A stretch of DNA of 64,000 nucleotides from Raja brachyura (taxonomy: Eukaryota): the NCBI GenBank assembly GCA_963514005.1, contig OY740795.1, forward strand, positions 806,001 to 870,000. The letters are read 5' to 3'. This document shows positions 38,016-50,489 of this stretch, one piece after another. The notes beneath the pieces were generated by a model, which had not been told where the DNA came from, searched no databases, and saw only the letters and a program-made list of their open reading frames with translations. A program made the position numbers and the translations under genes. Position 1 is the first letter of the stretch. Every line of letters begins with the position of its first letter.

Positions 38016-41000
38016 AATATCAGTTTAGTAGGGTATTCCCATTCACAGTGATCATGGGGGATGAGGAGGCATTGCTAGGACAAGGCAATATAACAGAATG
38101 ATGACAACAAGTATTCAAAGAAAACTATACACAGTTTTGAAAGTGCCGGTTATATTTTTGCGAGAATCCGCTGTTTGGTCTCAAACTATATTTGAGAAAT
38201 TGGGCTCCTCTATCCAATTAGATTAAGTCCTATCAAATAGATTTGTAGGATGTTGGGATTTACTTTTAGGTATTCAATTGGCCACGATGCCGGCCTGGGC
38301 AACAGATTGCAGTCAATAAGACTTTGGTAACAGTTGTTGGTATAAAACATTTCTAGTCGTTGGACTAATTGTTAAGTGCATAGATGCAATTCAGGTGTGT
38401 AAGTAGTGTAACAATTATTTTGTTAAATGGTTAATTAGTAAGTGCCATCTAGGGCATTGTTAACACCAGCTGAAAATAATAATGTCACGATGATGGACAA
38501 ACAGTGTTCATTACTGCTCTAGCAGTTGTTAGGTAAATTTTTATTCTATTGTAAATTGGTGCTAATGGCCTAAATGGGAAATGGTGTCAGCAGGGCTTTG
38601 TAGCATGCCTGCTTTATGGCTCCCTCATGGAAGAGGTGAGCATGTGGGATTGGTATAGTTTAACGCCGAGTCTGAGGGTATAGCCATAGAGCATGCACAA
38701 GATATCGGGGCATGTGCCAGAGGTCTATGCCTGGCAAGAAAGTTACCATCCCAAACACAATATGCAGTGAACACCGCTCTCAGGGGGACATTACAGTTGG
38801 CTGCCGAATCTTCTATTCAGGTAAGACTTTTCCATAGGTGTAACCTGGAGGGCAAAGCACAAGCTATTGGAAAAAGCAAGGTTTAATAGTTTTGGCGACA
38901 ATGCATCCCATGTCTTTATTGGCAGTAGCGGTTCACTGAAGATGCTGGCAGCATGAAAGCTGGCCAGACGTTCCACGCACTGGACTTGTGCTACTCTACA
39001 ATTAAGGGACCACTTGCAGTTTGGTAAGGTGTATACTTAGTTATACAATACAAATGATTGAGACATTATCAGCTACTTTGAACGGTAAATGTAAAATGTA
39101 CAATATTAGTTTTCAAGCATGTTAGAATTGGACAGGTTCAGTATAAGGACCAAGATTGTCTTGCTAGACTGGCTCGGAAATTGGGCCACAGTTGCTATTT
39201 ATGGTAGTTACCAGGTAGCCCAAATATCATCTCGAGTTTGGAGATGGAACAGATTTGCATGACTTGCCAAAAAGTTCTGTTATTAGTATCAACTATTTAT
39301 AGACTCTACGGGCGTTGTATGGACTATGGAGTGATTGGACAAACAAGCATATTGTCATGCTCATGTTCAGGTTGATGCATTGTGATGATGGCATGTGTTA
39401 GTCACGAGGGTGCAATCTGTTAAAGAATCACTGGAATGGTTATATAATTTTGTTGCCACAGGAGAATCATCAAGTGTGGGTAATGGCAACACAGAATTGG
39501 TGTTGAATCGCACTGTATTATGAAATTCTGGTTCAATGGAACACCTAATATGAATATATGTATATGTGTATATATATGTATGTTGGTTTCATGTTTATTT
39601 CACTGGTTGCAAAATAGTTGGCATAGCAGTGGCGAAAGATACATTCTCGCCAAAAGGAGCAGGTGGGTCTTTTATGGCTACCTCCATTTTGTCTCATCAA
39701 TCGAGGCTTCAAATAAAGTCATTAAGAGGCTTTAAGTTTATATTGTGTGATTATGCAAATTGATTCCCGATTTGTTGCGAATAATTATATAACCTTATTG
39801 GTTATTTTAAACTTGAATTTGCTTGTTCAGCCTGAGTCTTCGGAAATCATATGTTGCATGATAAACTCAAATTTATGCTCTGCAGGACTAACAAACTGCC
39901 CTAAGGTTTGGGTTGTTACATCTATCCTTCTATGTTTTGAAAGTGTTTGCATAGCACCAAACGGCTGATTTTTTTTCCAGGAGATGAAAGAGTGTGTTAT
40001 GCTTATGTTCCATGGAAAATGGTATTGATTGCTAATGTTTCGAGTTCATGCTAAATGATTGTCTGTTAACTATGGAGTAATACGGCCATTAATTGGCTCG
40101 ATGAGCTTCCTCATCGAATTTGCTGTAACAAACAAGACTCGCTCTGTCGGGTCCACACCGGTTATCAAGGGGTAGGATATCTTCAACATAGGTCCCAGGA
40201 CCAGTATAATGCCATATGCGATGTTGATATTTGTGAACACTATTTCACCAGGAGGCAGCAACTATATCCTTAAATTTGGCTGGAGTTTATTAGGTAGCTA
40301 TCCTTCTGGCACTGGTTTAGTGCAGCAGGTTCAGTCGCTAAATAATTGTGATGGTACAAGCTGATAATGTCTGTAAATTATAATATATAATATTATGTTA
40401 TAAATACTTGAGCAGACCAGAAGGGGGTCAGGTCTCAAAATAGTCACAGGCATACCAGGGGACCTTTGATAAGGTGAGCACACATGTATACAACAATATG
40501 TCAAGGTCATCAAGAGCCTTGGAGTTCTGGACTAGCAATGTTGTTAGTCACAAAGAATTTGGGAGAACGTATTGTTCATGGCATTCCAGATGAGGAAAAC
40601 GGAGTTGTGTTATGTACTGATGGATTCTGTTTCCAGATCTCATTCCACCAAGGCTGCTTCAACATCAGCAGCAAGGGTATTTATGTTCCGCTGGGTCGCA
40701 TTGTTGCGGCTGGAGCATGGTCCATCGAATGAATCTCCAAACGTCTGTAGTGACCCATTGGTGAACCAGGAGTATTTGTTTACCCTATTTATGTTCTGGT
40801 TATCAGTTCCATCTGGGTGAGAGATGGACATATTATAGTTTCATTTAAACAGCATCAGCATGTTTTACATCTATGTTATGATTGTATGCATTATGAATGT
40901 TTTCCCTTCATCTGTCAATGAAGCAGCTTTGGTTGTGTATACACGTTTCACACGGCATGAAATCATAGAGCTTTGAAGTCTTCACGTAGTCACTCACGTG

Positions 41001-41744
41001 ACTCCGAAGTAAAATAGTAATATTAAACGAGAACTTACCAGTTTGAAGTTTGATCTTTATTTTATGAGGAATCGAGTTGAGGGACTACGTGCCCTCCGCT
41101 CCCAGCCCTAATACATTTCATCTGGTAGTTCTAGTCTTTATCTTACCATTATACTTCAGTTATTATTTGCTGTGATTTCACACCGTTGCTTTGAAGATTG
41201 ACGCACGGACGGCTGTACGGGGTTCTTCTCGTAGTCCCTCAACTCGACTCCTCATAAAATAAAGATCAAACTTCAAACTGGTAAGTTCTCGTTTAATCTT
41301 ACTATTTTACTTGTGACATCCTCAAAAAATTCCAGAAGATTAGTCAAGCACGAGCTCCCTTTTATAAATACGTGTTGACTTGGACTAATCCTTTTACTGC
41401 TGTCCAAGTGCTCCATTATTACCTCTTTAATAATTGACTCCAGCATCTTTCCCACAACCGAAGTCAGGCTAAATGGTCTGTAATACCCCGTTTTCTCTCT
41501 CGCTCCTTTCTTGAAAAGTGGGATAACATTAGCTATCCTCCAATCCACAGGAACTGATCCTGAATCTATTGAGCATTGGAAAATGATCACCAATGCGTCC
41601 ACTATTTCTAGAGCCACCTCCCTGAGGACCCTGGGATGCAGACCATCAGGCCCAGGGGATTTATCATCCTCAGTCCCTTTAGTCTACCCAATGCTATTTC
41701 TCGCCTAATGAAAAATTATTTCAGTTCCTCTACCCGAAACACTA

Positions 41745-44150
41745 AGGGGAATAAAACGCTAGTGGGAGTTGTGTACAGGCCGCCTAACAGTAGTAGTGAA
41801 TTGGGGATGGTATCAAACAGGAAATTAGAATTGCGTGCGATAAAGGCAAAACAGTTATAATGGGTGACTTCAATCTACATATAGATTGGGTGAATCAAAT
41901 TGGCAGGGGAGCTGAGGAAGAGGATTTTTTGGAAAGTATGCGGGATAGTTCTCTAAATCAACATGTAGAGGAACCAACGAGAGAGCAGGCTATTTTAGAC
42001 TGGGTATTGAGTAATGAGGAAGGGTTATTTAGCAGTCTTAATGTGCGTGCCCCTTTATGCAAGAGTGACCATAATATGGTCGAGTTCTACATTAGGATGG
42101 AGAGTGACATTGTTAATTCAAAACAATGGTTCTGAACTTAAAGAAAGGTAACTTTGAGGGTATGAGACGTGAATTGGCCAAGATTGACTGGCAATCAATT
42201 CTAAAAGGGGTGACGGTGGATACGCAACATTTAAAGACTGCATGGATGAACTACAAAAATTGTTCATCCCAGTTTGGCAAAAGAATAAATCAGGGAAGGT
42301 AGTGCATCCGTGGATAACAAGGGAAATCAGGGATAGTATCAAAGCAAAGGATGATGCGTACAAAGTAGCCAGAAAAAGCAGCATTCCAGAGGACTGGGAG
42401 AAATTCAGAGACCCGCAGAGGAGGACAAAGGGCTTGATTAGGAAAGGAAAAATAGATTAAGAAAGAAAACTGGAAGGGAACATTAAAACTGACTGCAAAC
42501 GTTTTTATAGATATGTGAAGAGAAAGAGATTAGTTAAAACAAATGTAGGTCCCTTGTAGTCAGAAACAGGTGAGTTGATCATGGGGAACAAGGATATGGC
42601 GGACCAATTGAATAACTACTTTGGTTCCGTCTTCACTAAGGAACACATAAATAATCTGCCGGAAATAGCAGGGGAACGCGGGTCAAAGGAGGACTTGAGT
42701 GAAATCCAGGTTAGTCGGGAAGTGGTGTTGGGTAAATTGAATGGATTAAAGTCCCATAAATCCCCAGGGCCAGAGAGGCTGCATCCCAGAATACTTAAGG
42801 AAGTAGCTCCGGAAATAGTGGATGCATTAGTGATAATATTTCAAATCTCTTTAGAATCTGGATTAGTTCCTGAGGATTGGCGGGTAGCAAACGTAACCCC
42901 TCTTTTTAAGAAGGGGGGAGAGAGAAAACGGGGAATTACAGACCAGTTAGTCTAACATCGGTAGTGGGGAAACTGCTAGAGTCAGTTATTCAAGATGGGA
43001 TAGCAGCACATTTGGAAAGTGGTGAAATCATTGGACAAAGTCAGCATGGATTCACGAAAGGTAAATCATGTCTGACGAATCTTGTGGAATTTTTCGAGGC
43101 TGTAACTAGTAGCGTGGATAATGAGGAACCAGTGGCTGTGTTATATCTGGATGTTGTCCCTCATAAGAGATTAATATATAAACTTAAAGCATACGGCATT
43201 GGGGGTTCAGTATTGATGTGGATAGAGAACTGGCTAGCAAACAGGAAGCAAAGAATAGGAGTAAACGGGTCGTTTTCACAATGGCAGGCAGTGACTAGTG
43301 GGGTACCGCAGGGCTCAGTGCTGGGAGCCCAGCTATTTACAATATATATTAATGATCTGGATGAGGGAATTGAAGGCATTATCTCCAGGTTTCCGGATGA
43401 CACTATGCTGGGGGGCAGTGTTAGCTGTGAGGAGGATGCTAGGAGACTGCAAGGTGACTTGGATAGGCTGGGTGAGTGGGCAAATGTTTGGCAGGTGCAG
43501 TATAATGTGGATAAATGTGAGGTTATCCACTTTGGTGGCAAAAATAGGAAAGCAGACTATTATCTAAATGGTGGCCGATTAGGAAAAGGGGAGATGCAGA
43601 GCGACCTGGGTGTCATGGTACACCAGTCATTGAAAATTATTGCCATAGAGGGAGTGCAGAGAAGATTCACCAGACTGATTCCTGGGATGTCAGGACTGTC
43701 TTATGAACAAAGACTGCATAGACTCTGTTTCTACTCTCTAGAATTTAGGTGATTGAGAGGGGATCTTATAGAAACTTACACAATTCTTAAGGGGTTGGGC
43801 AGGCTAGATTCAGCAAGATTGTTCCCGATGTTGGGAAGGTCCAGGACAAGGGGTCACAGCTTAAGGATAAGGGGGGAATTCTTTAGGACCGAGATGAGAA
43901 GGACTTTTTTCACACAGAGAGTGGTGGGTCTCTGGAACTCTCTGCCACAGAGGGTAGTTGAGGCCACTTCATTGGCTATATTTAAGAGGCAGTTAGATGT
44001 GGCCCTTGTGGCTAAGGGGATCAGAGGGTATGGAGAGAAGGCAAGTACGTGATACTGAGTTGGATGATCAGCCATGATCATATTGAATGGCAGTGCAGGC
44101 TCGAAGGGCCGAATGGGCTACTCCTGCACCTAATTTCTATGTTTCTATGT
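41745..44150 (+). mobile_element. Long CR1 LINE ORF2 (endonuclease C-terminus plus RT), degenerate
   Basis: GVVYRPPN, MGDFN, SDHN (APE endonuclease); QHGFTKGKSCLTNL, GVPQGSVLG; (TTTCTATG)n tail. Contains stops and frameshifts. Confidence 0.92.
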
Positions 44151-44472
44151 TTACCCCTTTAGATCCTCTGTCCTCCAGTACATCTGACAGATTGTTTGTA
44201 TTCTCCTTAGTGAAGACAGATCCGAAGTACCTATTCAACTCTTCTGCCATTTCCTTGTTGCCCATGATTATTTCACCCGTGTCTGCCATCAAGTGACCCC
44301 AATTTGACTTTGCTACTCTTTTTCCCATAAGATATCTAAGTAAACTTGTATTGTCCTTCTTTATATTCCTGGCCAGCTTCCCCTCGTACTTCATCTTTAC
44401 CGGCCGTATTGCCCGTTTTGTTCCCTTCTGTTGTCCTATGAAGGTTTCCGAATCCTCCCGCTTCTGGCTACT

Positions 44473-45175
44473 GTGGAGACATTTGTGGAGTAGTTTATGT
44501 TAATGGGAACCATCGTCTCCAATGACAATGAACGGGGTGGGGGGGGGGGGGGCTACCGTCGACTCCTCGGTCAAAAAGGCACAACACAGGATGTACATCC
44601 TACGGCAGCTGAGGAAGCACAATCTGCCACAAGCAATGATGGTCCAATTCTGCATTGCCATCGTAGAGTCTGTTCTCACCTTCTCCATCATGGTCTGGTT
44701 TGGCTCAGCCACCAAGCACGTCACCTGGAGGGTGCAGCGAACCATCCAATCAGCAGATACGTTTATTGGCTGCAACCTTCCCTCCATTGATGAACTGTAC
44801 ACTTCAGGGGCCAGGAAGCGAGCGGGCAAGATCATCTCTAACCCCTCTCACCCTGGTCACAAACTCTTTGAATCACACCCCTCTGGAAGGCGACTCCGGA
44901 TTGTCAAAGCTTCCACAGCCAGACATTAAAACAGTTTTTATCCACGAGCAGTTGCTCTACTCACCAGTCAAAAGTCTGTTGCCTCCCTTTGATCTGGTAT
45001 TTTGTTGGGTCACATACTTGATCAATGGAGTTTTATTATTAATGTTTTATTATTATACATGTTTAGTGTTTTCTGAGCCATTCGTAACTGTCACTGTATG
45101 TCATGTTGTTACTTGTGGGCGGAGCACCAAGGCAAATTCCTTGTATGTGACTACTTGGCCAATAAACCTACCTAC
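44473..45175 (+). mobile_element. Rex1/Babar-like LINE 3' end
   Basis: ORF 44522-44929 KKAQHRMYILRQLRK...IVESVLTFSIMVWFG...HPGHKLF. Confidence 0.82.
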
Positions 45176-47194
45176 TGTTACTGTTACTTGCTGTTCATTT
45201 ACACGCTGAATGGCCACATCGCGCTATATCACACGGGTATTGCGTAGACGTTGTTTCACATTCGCTGATTTGATAATTGTTGTAATTGCACTTTGCGTAA
45301 AACATCAACGCTATCTGCTTGAGACTATAGTTGAGGGCAAAAGTAAATGAATGCGGGCATCTCCCTCTCTTTCTGCTGTTTTATTGCTCAAGCTGAACAT
45401 AGAACGAAAACAACGCCGTGAATTCCAGACATTGTAAAACCTTCCCCTTCGACAATCACCATTACCAATGAGCACAAGCAGATTGGTCGGAAATCGTATT
45501 TCAATAAAATGCAGCCCTCAAAATAGAACAAACCATCAAATGGATCCTTCGAAGATAGACGAATATGCTCGAGAAATTCAGCGGGTCAGGCGGCATCTAT
45601 GGAGCGAAGGGGTTCCCGCCCGCCCCCAGCCCCACATCAGTCTGAAGAAGGGTCACGACCCGAACCGTCACCCTTCGCTCCACAGATATTGCCTGACCGG
45701 GTGAGATTCTACCGCCTTTTTGTCTAGCTTCGATTTTTTCAGCATCTGCAGTTCTTTCTTAATTAAATGGAACCCATGCCGTTTATAAATTACAGCGGGA
45801 ATTTTAGGTACAAATTATTTTGCCAACTTGTTCTTCGTTCCGATTTACAATTCCCTAATGGTTAATTGGATGTTCGTTGAAACCAACACAGCCACATTTC
45901 ATTGGGTTTATGGAAGGAGCAGCCAAAATAGCTGGTTTGGAAAGGAACCGGAGATACTGGTTTATACTGAAGATTGACGCAAACTGCTGGAGTGACTCGG
46001 CGGGTAAGGTAGCATCCCTAGAGAAAAGGGACATATCATGTTTCTGGTCGGGACCGTTCTTCCACCTGAAAGTAGAGCCGAAGGCAATGGACGTCTGTAA
46101 AGGCCTCAACAATGCAGGGCCCGCTATAGGTCGCCAAGAAGAATTGAGGCCATAATCACCCATTGTTGTCTGGGAAGAGGTGATACCGAACGAATACAAA
46201 CATGCGAGAAATTCAACTAGTATGATGACTACGTTGGGGGAGAGAGGGAGAAAAATGTAGGGAATCCTGGGGTCATTTGGAATCAGAGCATTCAATGATC
46301 AAACCACCGAATTGTAAGATGCACAAGCGAAATGTATGGTGCTGTTCCTCCATTTTGTGCGTGGCCTCATTCTAACCGTTGAGGAGGAACAGGGCAGAAA
46401 GGTTTATATGGGAATGGCAAATTGAGTTAAAATGTGTGCAGCCGGGACATCGCGTTACCCAAGGCGGTATTTGAGTTGCTACCTTTGGCTGGAGCGTGTT
46501 TGCTTTACGGCATACCTCATCTGTGCTTTTACTTTCGAGAGACACTTTCCGCACTCAGAAGGTATTTTCAATACGCTGTCTGTTTGGAACTTCACCCAAT
46601 CTAAATCATCCGCTGCAAAAACAGCAGGTTCTCTTGAAACCAAAGGCCCCGTCAATGCGCAATCAGACGTTTTTTCCCCAATCATGAAAGGGAATAACAA
46701 ATACAACGTGCTCGTATTTAACTGATAACTCGTCGTTCTCCACTCGTTTTGAAAATAATATGTTCGAGGCATATGAAAACATATTCGTAAAAAAAACAGT
46801 TGATAGATTCAACTGAGCACGTGGGCATGCGTAGATCAGGTCGGAGTCAATTGAGCCCATGAACGTATTAAGGAACTGGGCGTAAAATGTCCACAACTTA
46901 AATGTTAGGTAGACAAAAAATGCTTGAGAAACTCAAGCGGGCATCTATGGAGCGAAGGAATAGGTTGCTGGAAAAACTCAGCGGGTGAGGCATCGTCTGT
47001 GGGGCAAAGGGATTCCTATTCTTTCGCTCCATCGATGCTGCCTCACCCTCTGAGTCTCTCCAGCATTTTGTCTACCTTCGATTTTTCCAGCAGCTGCAGT
47101 TCTTCTGAAGCTAATGTTTCAACTAAATATTTGTTTGTTCACACAAATACGATAACGAAACGACGCACGCGTTGATGTGATATTATTTTTAATA

Positions 47195-49470
47195 TCACTT
47201 TACCGATTTAAATATATTTCCAGTGCAACGGATCGGATAAGTTAGCACACGGAACAACTCATCTCTGAACTTGCTCTGAGTCACAGTGTAAATGGCCGTG
47301 TTGGTGCAGGAGCTCAGCAGCTGAAGCATAGATCCAACCTTTTCCAATCCTACCATAGGGTTTGCCCAGGACCTACGTATAAACAAACCCAGACTTCGAA
47401 CAGCAATAAAATGTGCGACACTTGTGGCCCAGAGCAGGATGAAACAGCTCGAAATTGCCAGAAGTAAAACGACCGACCGTCTGCGGTTCACCATCTCTTG
47501 GTCTTTCTTTTTCTCCCCACCGCTGAGGTCTCGGAGGTCCCTTCGGACTCGACTGGCCACGAAAATGCGCCTGATGGTGAGCGCGATAAACAACAAAATC
47601 ACGCAGAATGGAATTACCGGGGTTAACAACTGATCGGTCCAAGAGAACACCATCCATTCGCGACGCATATAAAAATATACGTCTTTGACACAGCCCAGAT
47701 TCAGTTCAATTGGGAGGTAAGAAACGTATGCGAAGGGCAAAGGTAGATTCTGAAGGAAGATGCATGGGGTCATTGTCGTGATAACAATCGACGCGCTTCT
47801 CTCGGTGCAATATTTGGCTTTCATATTCTGAGTAGAAATCGCAACAAAGCGATCAAAGGTGAAAGCGACTGTGAACCATACAGAACAATCCACCGCCACG
47901 GGAGCCAGGAAGAGTATTATTTTGCACACAGGTGTGTAGGGCAAGGAAGCGCGCCACCAATGAATATCAGCAATCCGATTTAATATAACGTCAATGAGAA
48001 GCACAGAGAGGTCTGCGATTGCCATGGCTACCATGTAACGAATGATGCACTTGGAGAGGCCGCACTTGCCACGGAACAAGATCACAATCGCCATCAGATT
48101 CACTGGGAAGGAATGAAAACATAAACTGATTAATTGTGTGTGGTATGGGTTGGTGGGTGAGGGCAATTTAAACGTGCGCATATTTGTGACGAAATGTTCC
48201 CTATTTCCTTCGCTCCATAGATGCTGCCTCACCCGTTCAGTTCCGCCAGCATGTGTGTCTACATTTGAGAACATGATGTCAAGCAATGGCATTCCGTGCA
48301 GCACTGCAATTATAATTACATACATCCTTCAACGATAAACAAGGGTAACAATTTAACGAGTAGTATTTTCTGCTGAATAGCGGGCGGGCCTCCGTGTTTT
48401 ACCTGACAATACAATTCCTGAAGTATCTCAGTGGCTCAAGTAGCAACTCTGGATAACATGGGTAGGCGACGTTTCAGTTCGGGCCCTTTCTTCAGTCTCC
48501 GATTGGAGGAAGGATCCCGACATGATACGTCGCCTACGTCGGTCTTCCGGAGATGCTACAAGACCCGCTGAGTTACCCAGTGCTTTGTTATCCCGGCATG
48601 ATCGCTGCAGCTACAGTCTCTGTTATCTGTACTTAAAATCTATCTTAAATTTGCCTCCCAACAGAGGGGGAGCATGTCTGGTTGTTCACACTGACGTTTT
48701 TGGTTGAGTAAGTTGTTCATACGATCTTCAAATCTGTCTCTGCGAAACTATCCCTGTGAAATGTTAAGAGCTTTACAGAAAATGCAGTACCAAATTACTG
48801 GACGGGTGTATTTTTCTTTCCACCGACTGCACTACGCTCTGCGGAACAGGTAGTCTCACACACAGCGAGGACCCCGTGTCGCTTGCCCTGCCAACAGAGC
48901 ATGTGCGGGGCATCGGTTGTAGCCAAAATTCGTGGAGGCTAAATTTGTACCAGAGTCTATGAGCGGCCATCCGTCAATCAAGCCAACGCGTGTCCTCTCT
49001 CCGAAGATGTAAATTGCTTTATTTTAGTGTAGTTTAGATGTACAGCACCGAAGCGAGTCCTCCGGTCCATCGAGTCCGAGCAGACCAGCGACCCACGCAG
49101 ACCAACAATATTCGGCACACACTAGCGACTTAAAACAAGTATATACCAAATCAATTATCCTACATACCTGTCTGTCTTGGAGATTTGGAGGAAACCGAAG
49201 ATCTCGGAGAAAAGCCACGCTGGTCACGAGAAGACCCTACAATTTCTGTAGTGGGGAGCGAGCCCTGCACCATCTACCGCTCCGCCATCGTGCTGCACTT
49301 AACCCTGCCGTGTTATTCAGTATGTTCTCTTAATCTTTCCTCCTCTGCGCGTTTCAAACATTCTGTGTTTGTTCAACGTGATGTGCCGACAATTACCTAC
49401 CGGGTACACCAATTGCTGCAAGAATCGGGTAATACGCAGATTCTGCATCCAAGATAGCAATATTATCCAT
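47195..49470 (-). CDS. GPR139/GPR142-like class A GPCR, intact, 325 aa (copy 3)
   Basis: Exon 1 at 49470-49401 (MDNIAILDAESAYYPILAAIGVP, donor GTAGGT). Exon 2 at 48102-47195 after ttcccAG. Same motifs and exon lengths (70 + 908 bp) as copy 2. Confidence 0.92.
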
Positions 49471-50248
49471 TTTGATGCGACGGTCGAGGCGATGACTCCT
49501 GGTGCTGCCACTCAGCGATTGTCAGCGAAACAAACCAATCTCTGGCACATTTATAAAGTAAATAAAGGAGAAAATAGGCAATTAGATAACATCCCTGAGG
49601 ACATTACTCACAGACTTTGGAACAAACAGGTACTGTTTTCAATGTACTATTCAGAAATCACAATCATGCGGACGATCGCTCCATACATTTCCAACAGCAG
49701 GCAGAGAAGCATGAATTTAAATTAAAAATCAAAACTAACGCTAGCGCAGTGAAGTTGCTCGCGAATGTTCGGAGCACCGAATTATTTGCTTGAACATTAC
49801 ACCCGATGACGTGACAAGGAAAGCTGTCATTTCTGGCTTGTACCTGTGCAACTTGAGTTTCCAGACGGCGACAGCAGAGCGTAACGCAGTATGGGCACCT
49901 GAGCATATCCACTGGGCACCTAGCGTCAGTTTTCTCAGAAACGTGGCTAATGAGGCGAAAGAGCAAAAGAAGAGAGAAGAACCGTAAAGTTTATCAAGCA
50001 TTAATAAAACACGAACATGTAAATTAATTATCGTGGCAGCGTGGATTGTCGGCTCCGTCCCGGGGTTAGAAGCCAGAAGTCGGAAAGATTGATACGGACA
50101 CGAGGGGTCATGAGGTCACAAGGGTTCGGAGTAAAATAAGGCCATTCTGTCCATTATGTCTCATCCGCCATTCAATCATGAATTATATATACCCACTCCT
50201 CCACCACTCTCTTACTTTCTGCTCATAACCACTGACACCTGTACTAAT

Positions 50249-50284
<36 letters not shown>

Positions 50285-50489
50285 GTGGAAAATATCCACA
50301 GATTTAGCGCCCACAAAGTATTCCACAGATTGAACACATAGGACTATGGAGGAGTCAGTTGAACAAATGGGCTATGAAGACATGAGAGAGGTGCTCATGC
50401 TATTCTGAAAATGACCCGTTCACATCTGCTCTTTGCTTCCTGTCTGCCAACCAATTTTCTACCCATGTCAACATGCTAAACCCCAATAC

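Larger units (their letters stand above)
36600..41304 (+). mobile_element. DIRS1-type tyrosine-recombinase retrotransposon; coding region decayed, termini intact
   Basis: Left ITR 36600-36660 is inverted at 41199-41236. The internal complementary region has 40979-41014 complementary to the element start and 41015-41089 complementary to the 3' extension 41230-41304. A YR C-terminal remnant (HSTKAASTSAA / VPLGRIVAAGAWSIE) lies at ~40640-40730. Confidence 0.9.

Noticed and set aside
48103-48325. N-terminal extension of the 376-aa ORF 47195-48325
   Set aside because: It is read-through into the intron. The conserved ttcccAG acceptor and a proper exon 1 at 49470-49401 exist, as in both paralogs.
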